A stretch of 44,031 bases of DNA, from NCBI GenBank assembly GCA_043718785.1, contig JAYSVA010000426.1:1-44031 (forward strand), read 5' to 3'. Under the pieces are notes generated by a model, which saw only the letters and a program-made list of their open reading frames with translations, did not search any database and was not told the origin of the DNA. This DNA is from Hyphomicrobiaceae bacterium. GTDB taxonomy: Bacteria; Pseudomonadota; Alphaproteobacteria; Rhizobiales; Hyphomicrobiaceae. Position numbers and translations under genes: made by a program. How positions within the stretch are numbered: position 1 is the first letter of the stretch; each line of letters begins with the position of its first letter. Of this stretch, positions 43,301 through 44,031 are shown in pieces.

Positions 43301-44031
43301 AATGCTATCACCGGCACTGCAGGAGCCACGGTCGATAGCTTCGAGAATGCCGGGCGTGCTGTGACCGCGGTCACACAAGGCGCGCGTGGCACAGTCACCT
43401 TCCTGGCCAACGGTCAGATCACCTACACACCAAATCCGAATACTAACGGCCCGGATACGTTCACCTATACCGTGACGTCTGGTGGAGTTTCGGAGACTGC
43501 AACCGTTACGGTCAATGTCACGCCCGTCAACGACGTGCCTGTCGCCGTGAACGACATTGCATCGACACTCGAAGACACGCCAATCACAATCCCCGCTACA
43601 ACGCTGTTGTTGAACGACACCGATCTTGACGGCGATGCATTGACGATCACATCGGTGCAGGCACCCGTCAACGGCACTGTTGCGCTGGTCGGCGGCAATC
43701 CGGTGTTCACGCCGACGCCGAACTACAACGGCCCGGCGAGCTTCACCTACACCATCTCTGACGGCAACGGCGGCACCGCGACCGCAACCGTCAACATCAC
43801 TGTCACACCTGTCAATGACCCACCGGTCGCGGTCAACGACATCGGCTCGACGCCGGAAGATATTGCGATCACGATCCCGGCTACGACGCTGCTCTCGAAT
43901 GACACAGATATTGATGGCGATACACTCACCATCACCTCCGTCCAGGGTGCAGTCAATGGTACGGTCACGTTGGTTGGCGGCAACCCCGTGTTCACGCCGA
44001 ACGCCAATTACAACGGCCCGGCAAGCTTCAC
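40337..44031 (+). CDS. Giant secreted repeat adhesin, 5' part only (DUF4347-type N-domain, VCBS repeats, tandem-95/cadherin-like repeats); runs off the right edge
   Basis: Absent from the ORF track because there is no stop in the window. I verified by hand that the frame is open from the in-frame TGA at 40118..40120 onward. Candidate starts are ATG 40337 or ATG 40376 ([32 protein letters not shown]...). The DUF4347-like block runs [16 protein letters not shown]...[15 protein letters not shown]...[39 protein letters not shown]...GGDWILE. VCBS-type units are [16 protein letters not shown]...[10 protein letters not shown] and [16 protein letters not shown]...DSIPYTIRD. Repeated VTPVNDxPVAVND...LLxNDTDxDGDxLTITSV... 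modules follow. Confidence 0.85.
   Translation, partial: [1231 protein letters not shown]
43517..44031 (+). repeat. Tandem 285-bp (95-codon) coding repeats inside the adhesin gene
   Basis: Unit starts are gtcacgcccgtcaacgac at 43517 and gtcacacctgtcaatgac at 43802, a period of exactly 285 nt. The encoded units are near-identical ([48 protein letters not shown]... versus [48 protein letters not shown]...). More diverged modules begin near 42797 and 43231. Confidence 0.85.

Noticed and set aside
32019-44031. Calling the envelope/adhesin block a mobile genomic island
   Set aside because: There is a compositional shift, but no integrase, transposase, tRNA target or flanking direct repeats are visible in the window. 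It is reported only as a compositional observation, not as a mobile element.

Overview
This is a 44 kb chromosomal segment from a high-GC Gram-negative bacterium. Gene content suggests an alphaproteobacterium (Rhizobiales/Bradyrhizobiaceae-like), but that is inference only. All family calls come from motifs I recognise in the supplied translations and from my own hand translations; no searches were run. From left to right the window holds seven blocks. (1) 1-3125, minus strand: a glycosylation module, made of a GT2::GtrA-like fusion and a polytopic membrane protein that runs off the left edge, followed by a secreted protein. (2) 3265-7464, minus strand: a mandelate-pathway-like pair (FMN-dependent alpha-hydroxy-acid dehydrogenase and a benzoylformate-decarboxylase-like ThDP enzyme) and an acyl-CoA dehydrogenase. 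(3) 7595-10284: a translationally coupled ATP-dependent DNA ligase and MBL-fold exonuclease pair. (4) 10441-15116: an MFS transporter, a small ORF, a membrane desaturase, a signal-less PhnD-like binding protein and an ornithine-cyclodeaminase-family enzyme. (5) 15230-32008, plus strand: a roughly 17 kb run of soxBDAG, a dimethylglycine-dehydrogenase-like enzyme, a non-pyrrolysine MttB-family methyltransferase, a family-5 ABC importer, an Ldh_2-family dehydrogenase and an enolase-superfamily enzyme. I read this run as an N-methylated (imino) acid or betaine catabolic locus. (6) 32019-39834, minus strand: a visibly more AT-rich five-gene envelope module with two tandem TolC-like lipoproteins and three HlyD-type adaptors. 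One adaptor is fused to an intact M50 site-2-protease core and one to a cytoplasmic domain. There is no ABC, RND or MFS pump. (7) From 40337, plus strand, after a ~0.5 kb AT-rich spacer: the 5' end of a giant DUF4347/VCBS/tandem-95-repeat adhesin that runs off the right edge and is absent from the ORF track. The most novel-looking item is the pump-less M50::HlyD/TolC module next to the adhesin. Other notable items are a nested-palindrome repeat present twice, once in-frame inside soxG, and an MttB homologue with no corrinoid partner. I saw no rRNA, tRNA, CRISPR array, transposase, integrase or transcription-factor gene.
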